In this document: positions 45,305 to 53,376 of the stretch, one piece after another | Numbering within the stretch: position 1 is the first letter of the stretch | Layout: every line of letters begins with the position of its first letter | Assembly (NCBI GenBank): GCA_965213675.1 | Contig: OZ243916.1 | Span: forward strand, 736,001-800,000 | DNA from: an uncultured Candidatus Binatia bacterium | GTDB taxonomy: Bacteria > Desulfobacterota > Binatia > UBA9968 > JAJDTQ01 | Direction: 5' to 3' | DNA: 64,000 nucleotides | The notes under the pieces: model-generated | The model's input: only the letters and a program-made list of their open reading frames with translations | Database searches by the model: none | Told to the model about the DNA's origin: nothing | Translations under genes and position numbers: made by a program

Positions 45305-45973
45305 ATGGATGACGGGAGCGGCCGGGTGGGACTGGTGGCCGTGCGGGACAGCCGCCGCTCCGGTCTTCAGGTGCTGTGGCCGAAAGCTTCTGCGGCGGCC
45401 GCACACGGCGGCAGCGGGAGCCTGTCGTTTCCCGCGGGTGAGTGCGACAGGGGCGATCGCGCACCGGCGACTTTGCTGCGGTGCCACGGGGTGACCGCGG
45501 CCAAGGCGCGCCGGTTGCTGGGCGCGGAGATGAGTCCGGACTACGCCATGGGCTGGTGGGTCGCCGCCGCGAGGGTTCTCCTCAGTGCTACAGGGCTTGT
45601 ATTCGCGGTGGAAGGCGAACACCGTACTCCGGTGCAACGAAGGGTCCCGCCCCGTGAACGGCATGCCTTGAGCGACAGGGGAGTGGACTTCAGCGATTTC
45701 CTGGTCCGTGAGCAACTGCATTGCGATCTGGGCCGCCTGTGCTTCTTCAGCCGGTGGGTGGCGCCGGATTCGGGTAACGCCACAAGATTTTTCCTGGTCA
45801 AGGTCCCCGACGACCTGCGCATCGCGGGCTGCGTGTGGCATGCCCCGGACAAGGCTTTGTTGCTGTGGCGCGCCGGTGCGTGGACCCTGGACTTCCCCAC
45901 TTTCGCGTGTCTGCGCATCCTGACGGACTTCGCCTCGTGTGATAGTCTTCTGTCCGAGTACCGGGACCCTTGA
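45305..45973 (+). CDS. Divergent NUDIX-fold (NUDT19-like) protein
   Basis: FP.G..D..D, FSRWV.P....TRFF, W..P..AL, FPT..CL are retained; Nudix-box glutamates are absent (ARVLLSATG). Confidence 0.55.
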   Translation: MDDGSGRVGLVAVRDSRRSGLQVLWPKASAAAAHGGSGSLSFPAGECDRGDRAPATLLRCHGVTAAKARRLLGAEMSPDYAMGWWVAAARVLLSATGLVFAVEGEHRTPVQRRVPPRERHALSDRGVDFSDFLVREQLHCDLGRLCFFSRWVAPDSGNATRFFLVKVPDDLRIAGCVWHAPDKALLLWRAGAWTLDFPTFACLRILTDFASCDSLLSEYRDP

Positions 45974-46050
45974 GTGTGCGGCCGGCGTGATTCATGGCCC
46001 GATGCGATGCGAGGGCCCGCATCGCGGTCCAACAAGCAGGAGAACCCGAT

Positions 46051-47031
46051 ATGGCAACGGCATTGACCCTGGCGCTGGAGCGATACGACCGCCACGTACC
46101 GTTTTTCATGGGCATGGTCCCGCCGCCGGACGGCATCGATCTGAAGGTGCTTGAGGTCGGCATGGCGCCGCCGCGGCGCGACGGCATCGACCGCCACCGG
46201 CGCTTCATGCTGGGCAACGAATTCGATATCTGCGAAATGTCGGTGTCGTCCTATCTGACGGCCAAGAGCCGCGGCCTCGACTACACCGCGACACCGGTGT
46301 TCCCGCGGCGCCTTTTCAGTCAGAACCACATGTTCGTCAGCACCGCCGCCGGCATCGACAAGCCCACCGACCTGATCGGCCGGAAGGTGTGCTGCCGAAG
46401 CTTCCAGACCACCATGTCGGTTCTGGCCAAGGGCGATCTCGCGTTCGAGTACGGCGTTCCCTGGCAGGAGCTCGACTGGCACACCATGACCACGGAACTC
46501 GTGGACTGGCCGGGCCGCGAGGCTGCCAGGTTGACCACCATCGACGAGCCCAGCGCGCCCGACGCGCTGATCGCGGGCGAGTTGGCCATGATGATCCACC
46601 CGCATCCGCCGGAGCGCCTGCTGGAGGGCTTGCGTGCAGGTTCGGTGCGGCGGCTTTTCCCTGATACCAAGCAGGAGTGCGCCCGTTATTTCAGGAAGTA
46701 TGGCGATTACCCCATCATGCATGTGCTGGTCTACAAGCAGGAAATCGCCGAGCGGCATCCCGGCCTCCCGCGCGCGCTGATGGACATGTGGGAAGACTCC
46801 AAGACCCAGGCGGCGGGATTCTATGACGACCCCGGCTATTCCGAACTGGCGTTTGCGCGCAATGAATTCGAGGAGGAACGGACCCTGTTCGGCACGGACA
46901 TCTGGCCGTCGGGCCTGGCCGCCAATCGCGCCAGCATCGAACGTTTCATGAAGTACCTGACCGACCAGACGCTCATCCAGGCGCCGTACCCGGTGGAGGA
47001 GCTTTTTCATCCGAGCGTCCTGGATACTTGA
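46051..47031 (+). CDS. 4,5-dihydroxyphthalate decarboxylase-like / type 2 periplasmic-binding-fold protein
   Basis: YDR, FDICEMSVSSY, PVFPRR.F, YPIMH, WPSGL..NR; no signal peptide; AGGAG RBS. Confidence 0.8.
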   Translation: MATALTLALERYDRHVPFFMGMVPPPDGIDLKVLEVGMAPPRRDGIDRHRRFMLGNEFDICEMSVSSYLTAKSRGLDYTATPVFPRRLFSQNHMFVSTAAGIDKPTDLIGRKVCCRSFQTTMSVLAKGDLAFEYGVPWQELDWHTMTTELVDWPGREAARLTTIDEPSAPDALIAGELAMMIHPHPPERLLEGLRAGSVRRLFPDTKQECARYFRKYGDYPIMHVLVYKQEIAERHPGLPRALMDMWEDSKTQAAGFYDDPGYSELAFARNEFEEERTLFGTDIWPSGLAANRASIERFMKYLTDQTLIQAPYPVEELFHPSVLDT

Positions 47032-47235
47032 ACCCGCCTGGACCGGCTTGAACCGGCATTCCGCGGACCGCCCAGGCCATTCCCATTCGTGGGCGATGTC
47101 CATCCGTCCTTTCGCACCACGCCGGTGCCGCCCCTCGGTGATGGCGAAATCCCCCCATATGTGGAATACTGCTTGCGGGTCGCCGGGATGCTGAAACACG
47201 CCGCAGAAGCACCGTTCCACGGACTCGCCAAAGCC

Positions 47236-48582
47236 ATGAAGCTCTACGTCCAAACCTGGGGCTGCCAGATGAATCAGCTCGACTCGGCGAGGATCGTCCA
47301 GCTCATGAAGTCCGCGGACTATGAGCCCACGGATCGTGTCGAGGAGGCGGATCTCATCATCCTGAACACCTGTAGCGTGCGCGACAAGGCGGAGCAGAAG
47401 GTATACAGCGCACTGGGACGGTGGCGGAAGCTGAAGGAAGAGAACGGCGCGGTGCTGGGTGTGGGTGGGTGCGTCGCGCAGCAGGAGGGTGAAACGCTGC
47501 TGCGCCGGGTGCCACACCTGGACCTGGTGTTCGGCACTCACAACATGCACAAGTTGCCGCAGATGGTGGAGGAGGCCCGGGAGGCGGCGCGACGTTCCGT
47601 GGAGACGGCCTTCTACCGCGACCCGTTCTATCTGGAGGATCCCTCGGGGCCGCCGGAGGTTGACGGCGCCAAGGCGTACCTCACCATCATGCAGGGATGC
47701 AACAAGGTGTGCAGCTTCTGCATTGTTCCGCGCACCCGTGGACGCGAGGTGAGCCGCGCCAGCGAAAACATCGTCCGGGACGTGGAGGAATTGGTACGGC
47801 GCGGCGTCAAGGAGGTCATGCTGTTGGGCCAGAACGTCAACTCCTACGGCCGTACGGCGGCAGGGGAGAGGTCGTTCGCGGAGTTGCTGGAGCGGGTCAA
47901 CGACATTCCCGGCATCCGGAGGATCCGCTTTACCACCTCCCATCCCCACGACCTCTCGCCTGAGCTGGTGGATGCCTTCGCCCGGCTGGAGAACCTCTGC
48001 GAGCACCTTCATCTGCCCCTTCAGTCCGGTTCCGATTCGGTGTTGGAGCGCATGCGTCGCGGCTACCGGCTCGACGAATACATGGAGCGCGTCCACTCGC
48101 TGCGCAAGCGGCGGCCGGACGTTGCCATAAGCACGGATATGATCGTAGGCTTTCCCGGCGAGACGGAGGCGGAGTTTGAGGAGACGCTGGCCGTGGTCCG
48201 CGACATCGAGTACGACGACATGTTCATCTTCACCTATTCGCCGCGTCCGCGCACGGTGGCGGCCAAGGTCTACCGCGACGACGTTCCCGAGGAGGTGAAG
48301 GGGAATCGCTGCCAGAGGCTGCAGGAGCTGCAGAAGAGCATCTCGCTCAGGAAGAACCGCAGCCTCATCGGCACGGATCAGGAGATTCTGGTGGAAGGGC
48401 CGTCCAGGCTGGGCAGAGATCAACTCATGGGCCGTACCAGGACCAACCGGATCGTCAACTTCACGTCCGGCGACGCCATGCCGGCCGAGATGGCGCGGGT
48501 CCGCGTGGTTGGCGCAACGCCCAATTCACTGGTCGGCGAGGAGCAAGGGAGGTCAAGCAATGAGTGGTCCTCAAGCAATTGA
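47236..48582 (+). CDS. miaB: tRNA-2-methylthio-N6-dimethylallyladenosine synthase
   Basis: TWGCQMN..DS, NTCSVR, GCVAQ, CNKVCSFC, TRAM domain. Confidence 0.96.
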   Translation: MKLYVQTWGCQMNQLDSARIVQLMKSADYEPTDRVEEADLIILNTCSVRDKAEQKVYSALGRWRKLKEENGAVLGVGGCVAQQEGETLLRRVPHLDLVFGTHNMHKLPQMVEEAREAARRSVETAFYRDPFYLEDPSGPPEVDGAKAYLTIMQGCNKVCSFCIVPRTRGREVSRASENIVRDVEELVRRGVKEVMLLGQNVNSYGRTAAGERSFAELLERVNDIPGIRRIRFTTSHPHDLSPELVDAFARLENLCEHLHLPLQSGSDSVLERMRRGYRLDEYMERVHSLRKRRPDVAISTDMIVGFPGETEAEFEETLAVVRDIEYDDMFIFTYSPRPRTVAAKVYRDDVPEEVKGNRCQRLQELQKSISLRKNRSLIGTDQEILVEGPSRLGRDQLMGRTRTNRIVNFTSGDAMPAEMARVRVVGATPNSLVGEEQGRSSNEWSSSN

Positions 48583-49075
48583 AATGACCGTGGCGGGCTT
48601 GACGCTCGATCAGGTGACCCGGACGCCCATCGTGGTCCTCAAGGACTCCGAGAACAAGCTGCAGTTGCCCATCTGGATCGGGCTGCTGGAGGCCACGGCC
48701 ATGGCGACGGAGATCGAAGGCATCAAGATGGCCCGCCCCATGACCCATGACCTTTTCAAGAACGTGCTCTCCGAGCTCGGCGGTACGGTCAAGAGGGTGG
48801 CCATCACCGAGCTCAAGGAGAATACCTACTACGCGGTCATCACGCTGCTGGTGGGAGACCGTGAGGTGGCCATGGACTCGCGGCCGAGCGACGCCATTGC
48901 CATGGCGCTCCGGAGCAAGACCCCCATCTACGTCGCCAAGGAAGTGCTGGAGCAGTCGAGCGTCCTGCAGCAGACCGAAGAGGGGGGAGACCCGGATTTC
49001 GCCAACGTCTCGAAGGAGAAGTGGGGCGAGATCCTGGACAAGATGTCCCCCGACGACTTCAAGTACAAGATGTAA
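48560..49075 (+). CDS. Bifunctional nuclease (DUF151) family protein
   Basis: LPIWIG..EA, RPMTHDL, DSRPSDAIA. Confidence 0.92.
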   Translation: MSGPQAIEMTVAGLTLDQVTRTPIVVLKDSENKLQLPIWIGLLEATAMATEIEGIKMARPMTHDLFKNVLSELGGTVKRVAITELKENTYYAVITLLVGDREVAMDSRPSDAIAMALRSKTPIYVAKEVLEQSSVLQQTEEGGDPDFANVSKEKWGEILDKMSPDDFKYKM

Positions 49076-49099
49076 GCCAGACCTGGAGAAACAGCCGGA

Positions 49100-49801
49100 A
49101 TGGTCGCGCCGAGAAAACGCATTCTGAGAAAGGAAATACGCCAGCCGGACCGGTTCATGGTATGGACGGGTCTGGTCCTGGACTGGATCAAGGCGTACAC
49201 GCGCCCGTTGATCGGTGCGGGAGCGGCCATCGTGTTGGTGGTGGCCGCGGTGCTCGGATGGCAGTACTACCGCGGCTACCGGCAGGATCTGGCGGCGCAG
49301 GATTACAACAAGGCTCTCATCGAGTATCAGGAAGGCCGTTACGAGGCCGCTCTGGAAGCCTTTCGGAACCTCCGGGCGCAAGGGGAGGCGCCATACGATC
49401 AGCTCGCGGACCTTTATGTGGCCAATAGCCATGTGGCGCTGAAACAACCGGCCAAGGCCGTGGAAGTGCTGGAGAGCGTTGCCGGCGCGGAACCCGATGG
49501 TATCGTGGGCCAGGTTATGCTGGTGACTCTGGGTCTTGCCCAGGAAATGAACGGCGCCTGCGATGAAGCCATCGTCACGCTGAGCCGCGCTCTGGATCGA
49601 CAGGGCCCGTCACGCCAGGAAGCCATGCTGGGAAAAGCGCGTTGCAGCGCCCACCTCGGCAAGACCCAGGACGCGGCGGAGACTTACAAAGCCTATCTCA
49701 AGGAATTCCCCGAAGGAGAAACCGTGGAGATCGCTCTACGGCTACAGCAGTTGGAAGGCAGTTCCACCAAACCCGCCAGCGCCACCAAACCCACCCAATA
49801 G
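49100..49801 (+). CDS. YfgM-like membrane-anchored TPR protein
   Basis: RKEIRQPDRF N-terminus, one TM helix, TPR repeats. Confidence 0.8.
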   Translation: MVAPRKRILRKEIRQPDRFMVWTGLVLDWIKAYTRPLIGAGAAIVLVVAAVLGWQYYRGYRQDLAAQDYNKALIEYQEGRYEAALEAFRNLRAQGEAPYDQLADLYVANSHVALKQPAKAVEVLESVAGAEPDGIVGQVMLVTLGLAQEMNGACDEAIVTLSRALDRQGPSRQEAMLGKARCSAHLGKTQDAAETYKAYLKEFPEGETVEIALRLQQLEGSSTKPASATKPTQ

Positions 49802-50080
49802 CCACGCATCACCGGAATTCCGCAGTGAACCCAGAGAACTTGCTGCCGTCAGGACTATCCCAAGCTGCCGATATGCTCGGAAGTGGGAGGTTCGGACGGG
49901 TTCCTTCCGACGAAACGACGCCTCGCAGGGACTGGAACGAACCCCATCTAGCCGTCCACGCGGATGCACGGTCAGCGTAGGATCATCCTGGCGCGCCGTG
50001 TTCCGGTCAATCGCGGACCGACGATGCCCCGCGACGGTAGTCCTTCGCCAACCGAAGCCCACTTCATACAAACAAACAAA

Positions 50081-50108
50081 ACGTCTGATAATGTATATTA
50101 TGTCAACT
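50081..50108 (+). other. dif-like XerC/XerD chromosome dimer resolution site
   Basis: ACGTCTGATAA TGTATA TTATGTCAACT versus E. coli dif GGTGCGCATAA TGTATA TTATGTTAAAT; AT-rich intergenic region at the gene-orientation switch. Confidence 0.85.
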
Positions 50109-50289
50109 TTCATATCGGCGCGGGCGCGCCGATATGAAAGCCGACATAATATGCCCAAGGTTGTAGAAGGCCGACATAGTGTGGCCAAGGTTGTAAACAG
50201 TTTGTGAGTGCGATTCGAGACAGGGCCTACGAAGCGTCAGGCCCGCGAGAATAGTTTGTGGGGATAGATTCGAGACACGGCCTCAAGAT

Positions 50290-50340
50290 GTCATTCCCGC
50301 GAAAGCTTGCCCTCGACCCCGATCGGGGGCGGGAATCCAG
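50290..50340. repeat. GTCATTCCCGC...GCGGGAATCCA-type palindromic repeat with an internal inserted hairpin
   Basis: ATTCCCGC / GCGGGAAT arms flank TTGCCCTCGACCCCGATCGGGG. Confidence 0.65.
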
Positions 50341-50392
50341 GCGGGGCGTGGGTGGGGAGACCGCCGTAGTTCCCTCTTCCCGGATTGCCGCT

Positions 50393-50418
50393 GTAGGGGT
50401 GACCGCCGGTCGCCCTAC
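50393..50418. repeat. GTAG-type REP-like palindrome
   Basis: GTAGGGGTGACCGCCGGTCGCCCTAC; a degenerate relative at about 25016 overlaps the mdh stop. Confidence 0.6.
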
Positions 50419-50463
50419 GGTCATCGCGGGTTGTGCGCCAGCTTCGGTCCAACGGACGAAGGG

Positions 50464-50805
50464 TCAGGTCATCCGCTTCTTGGCGGGAGGTTGTTTCTCG
50501 ATTTCGTCAGGGGTTGGCTTGGCTCGTCCCCCCTGGAGGAGGAACAGGCGTGTTCTGACGTGCTGGCGCCGGTGGTGGTAACTCCAGACGCCGTAGGCGT
50601 TGTCGCTGAGGGTGTGGATTCCCTCGGCTAGGGGTTGGGCGCTCATGTCGCTGCACGTGGTGAACCGGGAGCGTGGGATCCATTGCCGATGGTACGCGCA
50701 GTTGCCGGAGCCTGCGCTCCCGGGCGTGGGCTGCAGGTAGAGACAGTAGTCGCAGGTATTTTCCCAGTCGGGATAACGGCGGCGGCGCTTGGACTGTTTT
50801 GGCAT
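50464..50805 (-). CDS. Small Cys/His-containing hypothetical protein
   Basis: CDYC...CAYH...TTC pattern; follows the PDO gene on the same strand. Confidence 0.6.
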   Translation of the reverse strand: MPKQSKRRRRYPDWENTCDYCLYLQPTPGSAGSGNCAYHRQWIPRSRFTTCSDMSAQPLAEGIHTLSDNAYGVWSYHHRRQHVRTRLFLLQGGRAKPTPDEIEKQPPAKKRMT

Positions 50806-50864
50806 GATCGGCAGGCTTGGCTGAGGAGTTGGAGGGTGGAGTTTCGATCATGCGGGACGGCCGG

Positions 50865-51902
50865 CTAACGTTCCACGGGCAGGCCCGCCTCATTCCAGGC
50901 GACAAGGCCGCCGGCCAGGTTGGAGACGTCCGCAAAGCCCGACCTGCCGAGGATGGCCGCGGCCGTGGCGCTTCGCATTCCGGCCCGACAGACGGTGACC
51001 ACCGGGACTTGCTTGTGTCGCTGAATCTCTTCCAGGCGGTTCATGAGTTCACGCAGCGGCACCAGGACGCTGCCGGGCAAGTGGCCCAAGTCCCCGGAAT
51101 ACTCCGTGGGTTCGCGGACATCCACCAATACTGGCGGCTTGCCAGAGGCCAGCATCGCCTGGAGGCCTTCGACGTCCACCACCTGGACCTTCTTGAGCTC
51201 GCCCCAGTCGGGGAAGCTGATCTCGTCGCATCCGAGGGCGGACTGGTTGGGTTGCAGCACATCCTGGATGTTCTGGGGCGGTGAGAGATTGAGGTTGTTC
51301 ATCAGGTCGATAAAGTCCGGACGCGCGCGGTTGGCGAGACGTGGATTGGTGCGCTTCTCCGCTTCGATGGTGGAGGTGGTGTGGCCGCGGTAATCGTGGC
51401 CTGGATGGATCACGGTTTCCCCGGGTAGTGTGAAGAGCTTCTGCGTGACGGAATCGTATTGAGCGCCCGCATCGCCGCCGGCGAAGTCGGTTCGCCCACA
51501 GCCGCCGATGAACAGCGTGTCGCCGGTGAGGACGTGCCCTTCCACCAACAGGCTCATACCGTCAGGGGTGTGTCCGGGTGTGTGCAGGACTCGCACGGCG
51601 AGATCACCCACCGAGAACATCTCGCCGTCTTCCAGGTGGACGTCGACGGCCGGACTGGGCGCCCATTTGTGCATGGCTATGGGTGAACCCACCAGGAAAC
51701 GCAACTGCGGACAACCGCTCAGATGGTCGGCGTGGGTGTGCGTGTCGATGACCAGATCGAGTTCCAGGCGGTGGTAGGCGAGCACGGCCAGGTAACGTTC
51801 GACGTGGGGGTAAAGAGGGTCCACCAGAACGGCTCGTCCCCTGCCCTCGTCGGCTATAAGGTAGGTCTTGCTGCTCTCTCCGTTCAGTTCCCGCAGGATC
51901 AT
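50865..51902 (-). CDS. Persulfide dioxygenase (ETHE1-like MBL fold)-rhodanese fusion
   Basis: DTHTHADH, TPGHT, GDTLF..GCGRTDF, PGHDY, EKRTNPRL; C-terminal DVREP.EY..GH.PG and CRAGMRS. Confidence 0.9.
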   Translation of the reverse strand: MILRELNGESSKTYLIADEGRGRAVLVDPLYPHVERYLAVLAYHRLELDLVIDTHTHADHLSGCPQLRFLVGSPIAMHKWAPSPAVDVHLEDGEMFSVGDLAVRVLHTPGHTPDGMSLLVEGHVLTGDTLFIGGCGRTDFAGGDAGAQYDSVTQKLFTLPGETVIHPGHDYRGHTTSTIEAEKRTNPRLANRARPDFIDLMNNLNLSPPQNIQDVLQPNQSALGCDEISFPDWGELKKVQVVDVEGLQAMLASGKPPVLVDVREPTEYSGDLGHLPGSVLVPLRELMNRLEEIQRHKQVPVVTVCRAGMRSATAAAILGRSGFADVSNLAGGLVAWNEAGLPVER

Positions 51903-51980
51903 GGCTGCCTTCTCCGCTTTGCCATAACTTCTCCGAGCCCGCCGAAGTGCCTTGCCGCTGGGCTCAGGCCGAAGGGCGGC

Positions 51981-53138
51981 TTAGAAGTAGCGCCATAGCC
52001 ACCATTTTTCGAACAGGACCTTGCTCCAGTAGATCATCCGGGAGGGTCCCCAGGACCGTGAATCGGTGGCGCCGAAGGGCGGCCATCCCTGAGGGTACGT
52101 GGTGCGGTTGGCGGCGGCGCGTCCCGCGCCGCAGGAAAGCAGTCATATGGTGTGCAAATGAAGGGTGGACAACTCCCCTTCCCCGGTGATCTCCGCCACC
52201 AGGTTGTCCGCCACCACGTCCGCTTCCTGATGCGCCACTCCGCCCGCCTTGGACGCGGGCATGTTGGCGCAGTCGCCGATGGCGTAAACGTTCTCCCACT
52301 TGGTTTCCAGGGTGTCGTAATCCACCTGGATGCCGGCTTCGTTGTCCACCAGTCCACAGTCGTAAAGCACCCTGGAGGGCCGGTGCGGCGGCACCATGAA
52401 GAGCAGGTCGTAGGACAGCTCATAGCCGTACAGGCCGTGGACGCGCTTCTTCTCCGGGTCGATGGACTGGATGACGAAGTCGTAGTGGATGGTGACGTTG
52501 CGTTTCTTGCTCTGGGCGTCCATCCACACCGACGGCATGTGTTCCTCGCCCGCGGGCTCAGGCTCGCGGGTAAAATACTGGATGTCCACCAAGTCGCGGA
52601 TGTTGCGTTCCTTGAAGTAGCTGTCCAGCATCCACTGGGCCTCGTACGGCGCCGGCGGACAGCGGTAGGGGCCCAGCGGCACGCCCACCATCACGCGCCC
52701 TTCGCGGAAGCTCTCGAGGCTGGTCTTGAGCCGCAACGCGGCGTCCATTTCCCAGGGATGATGCGCCCCTTCGGCGAAGCCGGGAAGCAGGTCGGGTCTC
52801 ACTTCCAGGCCCAGCGAAACCACAAGGTAGTCGTAGGGGATGGCCGTGCCATCCAGAATCACCTGCTGGCGGCCGGGGTCGATTCCCAGGATCTCCGCCT
52901 GAAGGACCCGGATGTTGCGCTTCTCCAGGCGCTTGAGTTTGCGGGATATGTCCTCGGGCCGGCGCTGCCCGACCATGAGGAACAGGAAGGCGGGCATGAA
53001 GACGTGATCCGTCCGGCGGTCGATGAGGGTGATGTCGTGGTCCGCGCCGAGAGCGCGGCCCAGCTTGGTGGCCGCGACCACCCCGCCGCTCCCGCCTCCG
53101 AGGACGACGATCTGTTTCCTTCCGTTATGGTAATGCAT
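51981..53138 (-). CDS. Probable selenocysteine-containing sulfide:quinone oxidoreductase-like flavoprotein (385 aa, Sec332)
   Basis: GGGSGG, YDYLV, CPPAPYE (Cys160), AIGD; in-frame TGA at 52145-52143 followed by 53 codons ending PSRMIYWSKVLFEKWWLWRYF-TAA. Confidence 0.85.
52114..52145 (-). promoter_or_regulatory. UGA codon plus bacterial SECIS-like hairpin
   Basis: UGA CUGCUUUCCU GCGGCGCG GGA CGCGCCGC: perfect 8-bp GC stem, G-initiated loop 18 nt after the UGA. Confidence 0.75.
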
Positions 53139-53159
53139 CCCTGTGTGGTCCCGTCGCCG

Positions 53160-53369
53160 TCAGGAAGCGTCTCGCTGCCGCCGCCTGGCGCGCAGAGCGA
53201 GCCCCTTGAGATTACGCATCCGCCGGTCGCGCCACAAGCGCTGTTCCTGCCGGCCCTCGTCGGTCAGCTCGGATTCAAATCGTGAAGTGCCGCGGATCAG
53301 GAGCAGCACCAAAAGGTCGGAACACGCCTTGAGGCGCTCCGCAAACCATGTGAGGAGTCCGCCGGACAT
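53160..53369 (-). CDS. Small hypothetical protein (69 aa)
   Basis: Fills the gap between the DapA-like gene and the SQR-like gene with 7-nt and 21-nt spacers. Confidence 0.5.
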   Translation of the reverse strand: MSGGLLTWFAERLKACSDLLVLLLIRGTSRFESELTDEGRQEQRLWRDRRMRNLKGLALRARRRQRDAS

Positions 53370-53376
53370 GGCCGCG

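Noticed and set aside
50140-50195. Possible mini-CRISPR array
   Set aside because: Only two imperfect 26-bp units separated by 4 nt; no spacers and no cas genes.
52143-53138. SQR-like gene read as a truncated 331-aa protein or nonsense pseudogene
   Set aside because: The downstream frame is intact and family-typical, the TGA sits at the expected Cys position and a SECIS-like stem follows, so Sec recoding is the simpler reading.
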